Source of the DNA: the human T2T-CHM13v2.0 reference genome, Homo sapiens
DNA length: 64,000 nucleotides
Strand: one strand, 5' to 3'
Assembly (NCBI RefSeq): GCF_009914755.1
Contig: NC_060925.1
Shown: positions 25,927 to 39,763 of the stretch, one piece after another
How the letters are laid out: the number at the start of each line of letters is the position of its first letter
Numbering within the stretch: position 1 is the first letter of the stretch
Notes under the pieces: model-generated
What the model was told of the DNA's origin: nothing
Seen by the model: only the letters and a program-made list of their open reading frames with translations
Databases searched by the model: none
Program-made: the position numbers and the translations under genes

Positions 25927-27229
25927 ATAATATTTTATGTTCTTTCTTAGAGTCTCTTAGAAAATATTATCTTGTATTCAGGCACTATTTTACAATGTTT
26001 TAAAAGTTCCAATATTTAATACTTCATTGAACTTTTAAAAATGTGTTAAAATAACTCATTTAGCACTTTTCTATGTGGCTATATCCTACATTGTCAAAGT
26101 AGACATAATAATAATTTGAACAATGTTATGATTATGCAACTGTATGCTACTTCTTTCAAGAGAAGTAAAATGACAGAAGTTCTCTAACGATATATTTAAA
26201 ATCACATTATTATTGACATTTGGTGGGTGGTTTATATTTTCAAATGGAAGAGATATCCACTCAATGTAAAGATAGATCATTACTTTTCAGAAGAAAAAGT
26301 AAATCAAGGTGATCCTTTTAGAGTCATATTTCTGCAATCATCAGGTATTTATGAACCGAAATGTCTATACTTGTGTCTGTCTCATTTTTGAACAGGATGT
26401 TATTCAGATCCCATTACTGAATAGGATTTCTTATTGCAAAAGACGTTAAACATATTAAAAGTTACTAAGTTTTTAAGTTGTCTTTAATTCAGACATTAGA
26501 TTTCTTCTCTTAACTGCTTAATAAATTTATAAAGCAATACTTTCTCAAATACTTTGTTACCTTTTAGAAATTGTTAAGGTCATTTTCTAAAGCATTTTGT
26601 ACTGACAGAACGTAAATATCTTAGAGACAAGAATAGTTTATGCAAATTTACTTCTCTCGGTGTCTGAATATTTTTCACAACTTTTGGCAGTTAAACTATA
26701 AAGTGTAATCATAAAGCTAGTGCTTTTAAAGGATGCTCAGAAGGATTGTCATTGTCATTGTGTGGACTAAACATTTTTGTAGATTTGGGGTTTTGGAATG
26801 TTAATACAACTTAGAGGAAATAAAATAATCAATACAATGCAGCATTGACTGGTAGAAACAACTACAAATAAAATTTTGAAAAGTTGAAAGACTCTACATA
26901 TTAAATGTTGGTCGCCTTCCTAAGTAAACATTCCTTTTATCTTGTTCTTTCATGATTGCTTTGCTTAATGTCTAGCATAAACTCAAGCTATGAAGACCAT
27001 TGAATAGTTGGTTGTCTCTGGCTGTGGTTGTCTCTAAAGGAGACTGCTCCGGAATAGACCCTTCCACTTGGTTTATGTGGCCTTTCACATATCTGGCAAA
27101 CTGGCTGTTTCAATCAGCATTCATGGCACCTTTACACTCTGATAAATCTTCATGAGATGTGACTTTATAATGTCCTATAATCTCTACTAAATTAAGTGTT
27201 AAATGTTGGCTTTAAAAGTATATATTTAG

Positions 27230-27539
<310 letters not shown>

Positions 27540-27879
27540 TTAGGAAGACCAGATTAAACTATTTCTCTAGCTTTCTCATAAAGTGTCTTTAACTTTTTGT
27601 ATCATGTTTTCCAAAGTCTCTAAAGTTTTGTTTTGTTTTTGTTTTCAGAAACATCATTCCCAAAGTACTGATTTAACTCCTTGAAAATGCTGTTGTTACT
27701 GTAGAAGTACATATATTTTATAACATATGATGTTTTACTAACTTTGGTCTTAGACAAGACAAGGTATTTTCAGAATAAAGTTAAAGCTTAATAACATGAT
27801 TTGAAACCTTTAGTGATTTAGATTTTGCTTTAGGCTCATTTCTCATGACTTCATCTGGAATTATATTCTGTTCATTGCT

Positions 27880-28330
27880 TGGAAGGTGTCATGTGCCTCC
27901 TAACTTTCAGTGACTGAGAATGCTGTTGTCTCTGCTTGAGACATTAACACCCCTCCCACCCCACTCATATCCTCACACATGCTTTCACTTGGCAAATTCC
28001 AACTTAGCCTGAGCTGATAAGGTACTTCTCCACAAAGAGTTCATTGACCTTAAAAAAGCATGGGTTTAGTTCCCACCAAATATATCAAAATAGAACAGTA
28101 CAATGAGCTCCCATGTAACTGCCAACTAGATATACAGTTATCATTCTGCCATTCTTCATCTCAGTTTCATTACAATACATTTGAATTTACTATATATTGC
28201 CTGTATTACCCCTGGACTCTAACTTCAATGTTGTATGGGACCAAGTCAGTCTAAGTCACTATTTACACCTATTGCCTAGCCAACACAGTGCCTGGCACAA
28301 GGCGAATTCTTTCAATATTTTATGAGCTTC
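27880..28330 (+). mobile_element. L2 3' fragment
   Basis: 'aacacagtgcctggcacaaggcgaattctttcaatattt' L2 tail; degraded upstream. Confidence 0.5.
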
Positions 28331-31300
28331 ACATTTTCAATAGGAACAGACTTTAAAATATATTGATGTAATTAGTATTTGAGACTGGAGGTGTCTCAAA
28401 AATATATTTTTTATTTTTATTTTTTTGAAATCACTTAATACATACCTAAAATAATTGAAGTTCATGAATCAAGAAAGAAAGCAATATGCTAAGGATGCAA
28501 CTAATATAGATATTTTGAATGAACACCAATGTTAGCTCTGAGCTTCTTGATAAGCACAGCACAAAGGAGTTCCACGTGGTATATAATTCTAATTATCAGG
28601 AAGAAATATTCCAGTTTTTCAAGAAACACAATTTATTTGAAAGAGGGAAAGAGTCCTAAACTATAAATGTGATTTAGCTCACAAACTTGATGCAAAAGGT
28701 ATTTGAAAGTATCACTAATGATATTTTCAAAAACATATATTATGATTTGTTATTGCCTATCAAAATCAACCATATATATGGAGTATACCCATATATACAT
28801 GATATGAACATTTTCTGTTTTATAATAAGAATAAAGAACATTCTTTATTCTCTATTATGCTAGATGATAGAGATTTTACTTTTAAATAAATTAATGGACA
28901 TATATTAATTTAAATACATGGACAATCCCACATGATTTCTAATAGTATTGGACAGTTCCATAAGCCACACGTCTTAGCTTTTGATCTCTCTGATTAACTT
29001 GTCTATACAAGTCACTCTAATTACCCAAGACTGATAATTGGCATTCAATAAGGTAGCAGAATGCACCTGCCACTCTGACCACTGCCGACCTTCACCATGA
29101 ATTAGCTAAAAAATCCATGTCAGGCAGCTAATTGAATGAAGCTGTAGACTTGTAAGCCATAATGGTTATGATTAGTGTGTAACATACCACATAACGGTAA
29201 TGATGTAATCTAGGTCTTGATAGGCTTCAAACCGAAGTCTAAGGAGTCATATTCTAAATGAAGAGGAGAATAAATGACAATAAGAAAACTTTAAATAGAC
29301 AGACAGAGCGCCCTTGCCTCTGTCTCCAAAAAGAGAAATATTCAATTGGATTTTAAAGGTTGGTGCGGGTTATGTGGCATCCTTGTACTTGATAGCTCGT
29401 TAAGGTAGATAGGCCTGTCAGCATTTCTTTCATTTAGGCCTGAGGAGTTATTCTTCATTTGCAGCAGGGAGTGAGGAGTCAGATTGGAACTGCTGACTGC
29501 TGCCTTTCTTAGCAGCCGGTGAACTGCACATTTCAATGAGGTACATGCTGAGCATGGCACGCGTATGTGGAGGGGCTTACCAGTTACTTATTTGTTGCAT
29601 GTTTTCAGAGCCATTACAGTAATGAGATTAGTGATGCACAAGCTGATCATGCTTTCTTTACACATTACACTTTGTATACAAGTGACAAATATGAAGTGAG
29701 CAGCCAGAAAATGTCATTTGGTGAGAGAAAGCATGATGTGTTGGTGTTCTGGCTTAAGCACACACTGTGTGCAGGGTGGAAGAGCTTTTGTGGACTAGAT
29801 GAATCCTGCTGGGCTCTCAGCCCTAGTGCTCACAGATAAAAAAAGAAAGCTTGTCCTGTGTGAAATTTGCTCCTGACTCTGGAGCCTATCCCATGCTTGT
29901 TAGGATATATGACATCTTATAAATATCCTCAGCAAGACACGTTACTGAACCTCTAAATGAGAAAAATGAAGCCTTTCATAGCAAATGCATCAGCCCAGTG
30001 ACCAGCTTACTCATGAGCAGAAATTGAACATGTGTCCAGAAATGCAAAGTGAGGTTTCAGAATGTGCTGTCAGTCCAGGATACTCTAAATGCGGTTGGTG
30101 CTTCTGTGATTCAACAGTATCCTGTGGTGTGTAAATGGGTTACACTTCTGGTATTTGTTTCCATAGATTCATATATTTTCTGTGTAAATGATACTCGAAG
30201 TTAATGGTGACTAGAAAACTGCTTAATGGAACTCAGGAGCAGATCTGAGAAATGGCATAGGTCTACCAATAGAGCTATTAGAATGGTCGCAGATTTGCAT
30301 CACAGATGCTACATTAACCTTGCAAGTGCATAAAGCCTGGTGTGTTTATACTGTATCCTGTCAGTAGGTTTGCAAGCTGTCTGCCATAAAACCGAAGTCA
30401 TGGTATGGGACTATTAGGGGTGTAGCATATGTCTACTATGTGTAATCAGCATGAAGGGTAGATGGAATGTTCTTTTACTTTGGTAGATACAAGTTAGGCT
30501 AAGAAATATGTTTTCAGTTTGAGCATAGATATTGATAAACAAGGGAATTCAAGATCTTGCATTAGAGGATTAGGAGTATGCACAATAAGCAAAAACCGGA
30601 AAAGAGCATTATGATTAAGGAAAATATTGTGAGATCAATGGTAATCTCATTAAGTCACAATGCCAAAGTTTGTTTCCAATATATGAGTTTGAATTTGTAT
30701 TAAATGCTTTTGAATTTAATAACTGGAAGCCAATTCAAATTACAGATTTACCCAGTATCTGGAATTTTAAAAGAAAAGAAAAGGTCATGGCCTGAAAATG
30801 ATTTTTAAATATTTCCTGAAAATAGCTTCCTGGAATTTATAGTTGGTATTGTAATTACTGATTCCAATCCAAGGAATCGAACACATTTTTAAAATAAGAG
30901 CCTACTCTATTTCCTTAATTACGGTATTAGAGTGAGGTTTACATGGAAACTTGTGTGTATACAAAATTTCTCCTCTAGCACAGTGTTTTTTTAATTATCT
31001 ATTACTCATTTGATCAAAAACACTGAGAAATAAGATTTTTCCACTAAAAAAGAAAAAGTCTTACCAGCATTTTACGTTCCAAAATTTTAAAATCAGAATT
31101 TACAGGAGTATCCTCAGATATTATTTACACTGATTTTACCTCACTATATTTTTTTCTCTGTTTTGAATTCATATAACACATTCCTATACTCTGGCATATG
31201 CATATGCATATATGTACATGTATAAATATACATATATGTGTAATGTCATTAGTCTTTAAGATAAAATTGTGACAGTAAATGCGAACCAAAATTGGATAAG

Positions 31301-33886
31301 TATTGCAACCTAATATTTCCAAAAACAATCAGCTTTGGCATTATAGCAGATATTTGTCAGTGTTTCCAAACAATTCATAGGAGAGTCAGTTTGGCCATCT
31401 TTATTCATAAGACAGTATTCAAAGTTTTAAAATGCTTGCAATATTATAGATAAATGCGAATACTGATCTAGATGCTTAAGCAGAAAATATTATTAACTAT
31501 TTGTGGCTTTAGATCCTTCCAATCAACTTTTCACCTCATGGGCCACAAATGTAGTTTGAAAACTGCCAAAATATATCTACTATTGCATTTAACACATAAA
31601 ATTAGCATCCTTTGAAGCTCCAATTATTATAACACACCTAAAGAAGGCTAATATTTAATCCTAAAATTTAATTCCATGATTGACTCCACTTCACCTATAA
31701 ATTTCAGAAACCTACATATGCATACTGGGATAATATTCACACTAGTTGAGCTGCAATGTATCTTATACAGAATGGTGCAGTAAGAATGAAAGAATTGTCA
31801 GCTATCATTCTAATTTGCTTATTTCTTTGCAATTTGTTACATTCTTAACGGGTTTGATGAAGGGGAAAAATGCACATATGAAAACTCACCAAAAAAAAAG
31901 TATTCTAAAGATGGATGAGGATGGGGTAGAAGAGTTAAAAATCCAAAAGAGTTGTTTAATAAAACATGGTATTATAAAGTTTGTGTAAATTTAAATCACC
32001 TATGTTAAAACAGAAAGAAACCTAATTCTTTAAAGGTATAGCTACAATCAGTATTAAATCTAATAGGGGTAAGAAAACAATAAATACTAAAAATTTGAAA
32101 ATGTCCCCATCCAAATACACTTATCTTCTTATACCAACTCTATTTCCCTCATCAGGTTAATTCAAATTTAAGTTCTATCGAGAGAGTAAGAAGTTTTATA
32201 TTAAAGGTGAAGGGAGAAAAGCAAAACCTTCTTTTTCGTAAAGATTGTTTCAGGAAAACACTTTATTTCTAAAAAATAATGGATAGAAGCTACTGGTATA
32301 AATTAATATTTCAAAGGGTAATAAATGCCCACCACATTAGGAATGGTTTAAAAAGTCATACCAGGGCTTTGCGAATATGTTTCCATAACCTGGACATAAA
32401 TCTGATTTTTAAAATATTTCCCATCATATTTGTTTGAAAGCTTTTTTAAAAGTTGAGTGGATAAAAAAAAGTTTGTCCTTAAGCAAAAGTTTTGTATATT
32501 CACAGATGCTTGCATTATTAATTTGATTTTGTTAGCATTTCATGCACAAAGGATGAAACCATCGGCCATTCTTCAGAGCACATTGACATAAAACATTAGG
32601 AAACACAAGGAAGTCATAGAAAAGACTCCACTTAAGTTATCACTGTGCACCTAATCAAAAAAACAAGGAACCACAATCACATCATGGAGCCTGGTTGATC
32701 ACAATCGCATCTGCATGAGAGAGATAGTGGCACTGACGTACTTTAGTGACCAAATGGTTAGATGAGACAAGTCTGGCCTATGTCAAATTGCGTTCCATTT
32801 CATATTATGCATGACAAAGGCAGCGATGCTAATAAAAGATTTTTCCATGGACAGGCTCAGTGTCTACCACAGCATCACTGCTTTACTGTTATAATCAATT
32901 TAAATGCAATTACATTCATAAATTTAATGATCTATTGTTTTTAGAAACATGTCTTCTAAGAGCTTTAAAAAACATAAAAAAAAATCATAATTTTAAAGTG
33001 GGTAGGTATTAACTTTGAAAAACCATGAAGTTAAATGTTTGCACTTTAAATTTTGAGTAAAGAAACTAGAAATTTTGTGGGAAAGTATTTTAATTCAATA
33101 TACTTTAAAGTTCTTAAGGATCTTAATAATTTTGGCAATCAATCTGTGTCTACTTGAAACCAAAGAAACTGATTATTCATTGAAGTAACCAGTTAAGCTG
33201 ATTATCTTCTAGGTAATTAAAAAAATAGTTGTTTCATTTTATTATCCAAAACCAGAGAAATAATATGACTATGCCTACTTGCTGCTGACCATAGGTAAAA
33301 ATAGAAAAATATATATAGGTAGTTGCCTATATATTGGGAATGCCTAAATTTCTCACAAGAATAGTTAGTTCTTATTTCTAAATAAAATGTCTTTATTAAA
33401 AAGATATGCTAAGGATTGGATTTTTCCTTATTTTCTTAACAAATTAAAATCTATTTAAACTACATTAAACAATTTGAAAACAAACATTACAATTTCTATC
33501 CTTTTGATGGCAGCTTACTTTTAAAAGGTTTCTTTTTAAAAGAATAGAATGCATTGGATGGGATTTCAGACTCCTTAACTAAGACTTCTTGTTAAGATTA
33601 TTTTAAACTGTCTTGAATTTAAGCTTTTATGTTTCCTGTATTTTCATTTAATCTCATCTATATTTTATATTTACAATTTTTTCATTGTGAATATATAACC
33701 ATACTGTAGATAGCAAGTTCAGGGAAAATTATCTGTTAATTGCAATTACAGTGTGTATATTTAACGTTCAATGTGTGATCATAAAAAAATAAGAATCATT
33801 CTGATTTTACTGCTACTAATGTATAAATATATTACAATTGTTGTATACGATTAGTCTAAATTGTTGAAGTAAAACACATTCATCTA

Positions 33887-34170
<284 letters not shown>

Positions 34171-37100
34171 TATATATTCATCTAATCTGCTCACCTGTAT
34201 TTTTGTTTTTTATTGTTTGTTGTTGTTAGCCTATGAAGACACTGTATGCTGTTTATTTTTTTAAGTTTTCTGTAAATTTTACTCAGTACTTATCTCAACG
34301 GGTCTCTTTATTAAAACTGGCAAAGCTTTTCCTTTTGGTTTTCTGAATGCAGATGTATGTCCACCATTCAATTCACAAATTTAGGAAAATATATATTTCA
34401 TATATTTATTCAAAGTGTCTAAAACTGAAAAAGTACATGTCATTTATATTATTCCCAGCTCTTTTTGGTTTGAGCCATAGACTGCAAATTAGTTTTTCAT
34501 AGTAAAACTGTAACATAGACATCTCTTCATGCTTACCTGCTAACTATTCCCTGACTTACATCTTCAGCGTGCCATTGAGGTAAACACGATGATTTATTCT
34601 TAAATACTTATGTGGATGGTAACAAAAATGAAATAGGACATTGCTCAAAAAAGAGGGGAGGGAAGAGAAAGAAAAGGAAACTTCCCTACAATGCTGCTAG
34701 CCAGGCTTTATCTTTATGACACTAACGATAATCCCCCGTGTAATTAACTGTAGAGTGGTTATGCATGCAGCATGCAGCCCATGACAAGCCTCATAGAAAA
34801 ATACATCAGTATTAGCCACAGGTGAATTCGTTTAGAAAGATTAATGACTGCACCTGAATTTTAATGTCTGAAAAGGGATGGAACACTGAATCCTTAATTA
34901 AAAAGGTGAATGACTGGTATGGTTTGTTTAACATCACAAATTTCAACAGGAGGGTTTTGTATTCAAATGAAGTATGCAAAAGGAAACTTCCCTTAGAAAC
35001 TGGTGAAGTAGAGGTGAAGAGCAAAAATGTTTTATGTGCTTTACTTTATGTAAATCGATACATGGATCAGTTGCTTTGATATGGATCAAATGTGGTGTAA
35101 TTATGGCTCTTTTCTGTTTACAGTGAATGTGAAGCAAAGAATTCTTACAGAATATGAGCCAGAATTACCCTCAAACCGAAAGAAAGTCAGAGTAGGGAAG
35201 CTGTAAAACCAACAAGTGATCTTATTCTTTCCTTAATGGGAAGCAGTTTCTTCTTCATTATTATTTTACAGAGTTTTTTAATGAACAGAAAGTAACCTTG
35301 AAAAACAAGTTGGCAACGCCATTCCCAGAAGAGTTTAACTCCGCTTTGCAAACTCTTTTACTGAGTGTGTTAAAGCTTATCACAGACAGATTTTTCAATG
35401 ACAATTTTAATCTCCTCTTTTAGGACTTAGATGCAGACAAGGGGAAGGATGACTTGGGCATGCTTCTATCTGGAATAGGAGGAAACAATTGAGATTAATC
35501 ATCTGCCCTTGGGGTAAGAATAGCAAAAAGCAGATGTCCTAAGCAAGAATGACCTAGAATATTACTTTAGCCACTGTGTTTACAACTTCTACTATTTTTA
35601 AATTATTTTTCTATTAATCAGAAACAGTTCATATGTTCTGGATCTTTAACAATACCTCATTTGACAAAAAAAAAAAAAAAAAGAAAAGAACATACAAATA
35701 AAAAGCTGGCATAATATCATTAATCTATCCAGAGCCTATTGACATATTCAGTGTAAATGTACACCCCAATTACTTTTTTAAAAAACAACAAAAATAACAT
35801 GTTTTATTGTTATAATGTGGGATTTCAGAAAAATGAAAGCAAGAATGTATCTGGCAGTTTTGTTCTAACCATAGTTTATATACAATTGTCTGCATTTTCT
35901 GTTTGGTCTTTGCTTCAAAATGGAAATTCCACTGAAATTTTAGTTTAGAAGAAATCAAAGCACATGAAAATTCCTTTGCCTTTTTATTTTCTAGGTCAGA
36001 ATGCTGCTCACATCCATGGCAAAGTAGATTTTGATGCTTCTTAGCTTCACACATTGCCTGCTGTACCACCTTTTCTGCCAAGTAAAAGCATGGCTTTTAG
36101 TTCTGTCCGCTTTCCAAGGGAACACATTTTTAATGAAATGTCATTTAGAAGTATTTGTTACTTCCTGTAAAAGCTTCTTTCATGGTTTTGTGTGCATGTG
36201 TGAAGAAAAAAAAAATTAGCCTCTTAAAATGTTGTAGTTGTAACTGTTCCCAGTACTTAGAACACTAGCGAGGGGGGGAAGGAAACTCTCCAGTTCTCAC
36301 AGATGTATCAGATGTTTTTAATAATGAATTGAAAAACCGTGTGTTCCATGTACTGTTATTGTCACTGAGCTATATTATTGAGTGAGTCGATTAGTGCCGA
36401 TTTCCATTAGTTATAATTACCTGTGCTACAGTGCTAGACAAAGTTATTGGCACATGAAGTGTAAACATTTTTCAAAGATTGGATTTAGTTTTAAAGTAAA
36501 CATTGATATCTTAGCATTAAGCCAATACTGAAATGTAAAGAAATGGTAAAGCTTTGGCAGCTCTCATCTCCTGAATTCAGTTAATCCATTAGAAGTCAAT
36601 CTGTAGGATACTGTTTGAAGGGGCTTAAGAATTGGTATTGTTAATACCAGTTAAAATAATTTACAAAGGTGTCCATTAAACTAGTCAGCCAGGTGTTGAC
36701 AGACAAAAATAGGGCTGGCTCTGGATCCGCCCAGAGCTATTCACATTAAATGTCAGTTAATAATGTCTGTTATAATTTTAGTAAATAAATGTCTGAAAGT
36801 TCAATATTAAAGCTTTCTCCCAGTTATGTACCTAAATCTTTTACCACACCTATTTAAATCCTCATCGCTAAGTTAAGCATATTCTCAATGGGTTCATAAG
36901 CTTTGCTGGAAGAGTACTTGTAATTTTCTGAAACTTTAGGGGGTCATGTTCACTCTTCATCCATTAAATCAGAAAGAATAAGAAAAGTTCAAGCTAAAAA
37001 AAAAATTAAAGGATTAAAACCAGGAAATGTTTAAAAGTGCCTCTTAAATATTGTATTGCCATTACTTTAAAACAATCATTCAGAGTGATTGTAAAGGGTA

Positions 37101-37201
37101 AATTATTTTTTAAAAAAATTTATGCCATTCACTGAAAGACTGTATTTGGATCATATTGTAAAATAGGACTAAAGCTTATATTCACGAGTAGGACTTTGTA
37201 A

Positions 37202-37202
37202 T

Positions 37203-37234
<32 letters not shown>

Positions 37235-37256
37235 GTACACACACACATACATATAT
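37202..37256. repeat. (CA)n/(TA)n compound microsatellite
   Basis: Seen directly. Confidence 0.9.
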
Positions 37257-37699
37257 AATCTCCTAAATTCAGCAGGTCCTGATAACTCCAAAAGGTAGAG
37301 TACAACCTCCATGGTACATAGTAAATTCTCGCATCTTTGACATCTTACCTTGTTCATAAACCTGTCATATCCAGTGCCTTGATAGATAGAATTTGAATCA
37401 CTTTCCTTGCTGAATGAAAGGATAATATGTTTGCATGTGAATTTCCCTCCCTCTCTCTCTCCAAAGTGTAAGGATGATTTTTGACATTGCATCCTCACAT
37501 ATAGACTGATTCTCAACATAGTTTAGAGCTCTTATAATATTTATGATCAGAAAATATACCTATATATTTAGGTTAAATAATTTAAACATATTTATATATG
37601 TATATACAATCCATGTAGTTATTTATTTTGTAGAAATGCAATATAAATACAGCAAATTGTCATTTTAACCCTTTCTGAAAAATGAAGAGAATGGTACTA

Positions 37700-37855
37700 G
37701 GAAGACAGTACTAATATTTATTGATTATTTATTACATGCCAGTCACTATAATGGAGGCTTTAAATGTTTTATTTTATTTCAAGGTGAAAATACGCTTTTG
37801 ATGGAAATTTTGTTATCACTATTTTGCAGATAAGAAGTCTGAGGTTTAGTGACCA
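37700..37855 (-). mobile_element. MIR
   Basis: 'attttgcagataagaagtctgaggtttag' core. Confidence 0.6.
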
Positions 37856-38639
37856 TTTTGGTTTTAAAGTGCTATGCTGTGCTAAACTCACAATCAAAGA
37901 ACTTTTTATTATTTGCCATTTCTCTGCCTACTCTATTTAACTATCTCTCATTGGTTAAATTCAAAGCTATTAAGTCTTCACTCTAGAGTTCTAGAATGTT
38001 TGTCCTGGATTTAATTTGGAGATTTGTTATGCAACTTGTAGACAAATCTGCGGCAGCAAAGTCATAAATAAGCAATTGTAGAACATCGTAACTGCTTTCT
38101 GTACCTGATTGTGATAGAACTGGATGTAATGTTTGCAGCACTTACAAGCCACCCTTTCAGGGCTGCACCTAGAGGATAACAGAAGGTTTTGGCGACATTT
38201 ATGGAAACAAAACTAGACAGTAAATTAATCAACAAATGTCTATTTTATTTAAGAACACATAAAAAGCATTGCCGTTTGCTTGATTTTGGTTTGGGTTGCT
38301 GTAAACAGACAGGACAGGGATTTCACTTTCTGTCAAGACTTCATTCTCTCTCACGCCAAGCTTTTATTTCACTCCATATCTGAAGTCCTCAGAGAATCAG
38401 GAAAAGTATAAATGATACTTTTCTTCCTGTGGAAGGATTCATTTTCATCACATAGTCTTCATGTTTGTGAAATAAAGGTACTTTAAAGATTAAAAAATAA
38501 CAAGCATGCTTTTTTTTTTTTTTTACATTTAGAAAGCTTAAGATACAAAATTGGAAAATTTAAGTTAGAATATCAGTAGTGGGCATATGAGTGTTTATTG
38601 TATAATACTTTCAACTTTTCTACATATTTGAAAATTTTT

Positions 38640-38950
38640 GCCAAATGCAGCGGTTCATACTTAAAATCTCAGCACTTTGGGAGGCCAAAGTGGGTATCCC
38701 AGGAGTTTGAGACTAACCTAGGCAACATAGCAAGAACCTGTCTCTAAAAAACGTTAAAAAAAGAAAAATGAAAAATTAGTCAGGCATGGCGGCATGTACC
38801 TATGGTCCCAGCTACTCCAAGCCTGAGGTAAGAAGATCACCTGAGCCCAGAAGGTCCAGGCTATGGTAAGCCATGATCACACCACTGTACTCTAGCCCCT
38901 GGGTGACAGATGGAGACACTGTCTTAGAAAAAAAAAAGAAAGAAAGAAAG
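38640..38950 (+). mobile_element. AluJ (Jo-like), inserted in an old L1 3' tail
   Basis: Diverged dimeric Alu ('ccatgatcacaccactgtactctagcc'); imperfect TSD gaaaattttt / gaacattttt; flanks join to an L1M tail 'tttgaaaatttt..ataataaaatgttg'. Confidence 0.9.
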
Positions 38951-39376
38951 AGAACATTTTTATAATAAAATGTTGAGGAGAGCTTTAAATACAATGAAGT
39001 ACAGTCTAGTAATCACACACCAACTACTATTTATTGCTGCCAAGGGTAGGAATTATAGGGAAATTTTACTTTCTCAGATTTATTTATATTTTATGAAAAA
39101 GCTTGTGTTATCTGGTAGGAAAAATTACTTCCACTTTCTATATGAAAGAGTATTTGTAGAAAACTTTACCAGTAAAACAGAAAATGGATCACTGAACTGC
39201 TTTGAAATTCTGGATCCTTTTGACGAAGAATGAAAAGGAAAATTATGCCCATCATGTTGGTGAGGTTCTTTCTCTCCCTGGGTTGTCCTAGAGCAATGAC
39301 TTTTTAAATTTCATTAGGATCCAAAAAATAGGAAATTTAAACAACAATCACAGATAGGGTATATTGAAACTCTATT

Positions 39377-39763
<387 letters not shown>

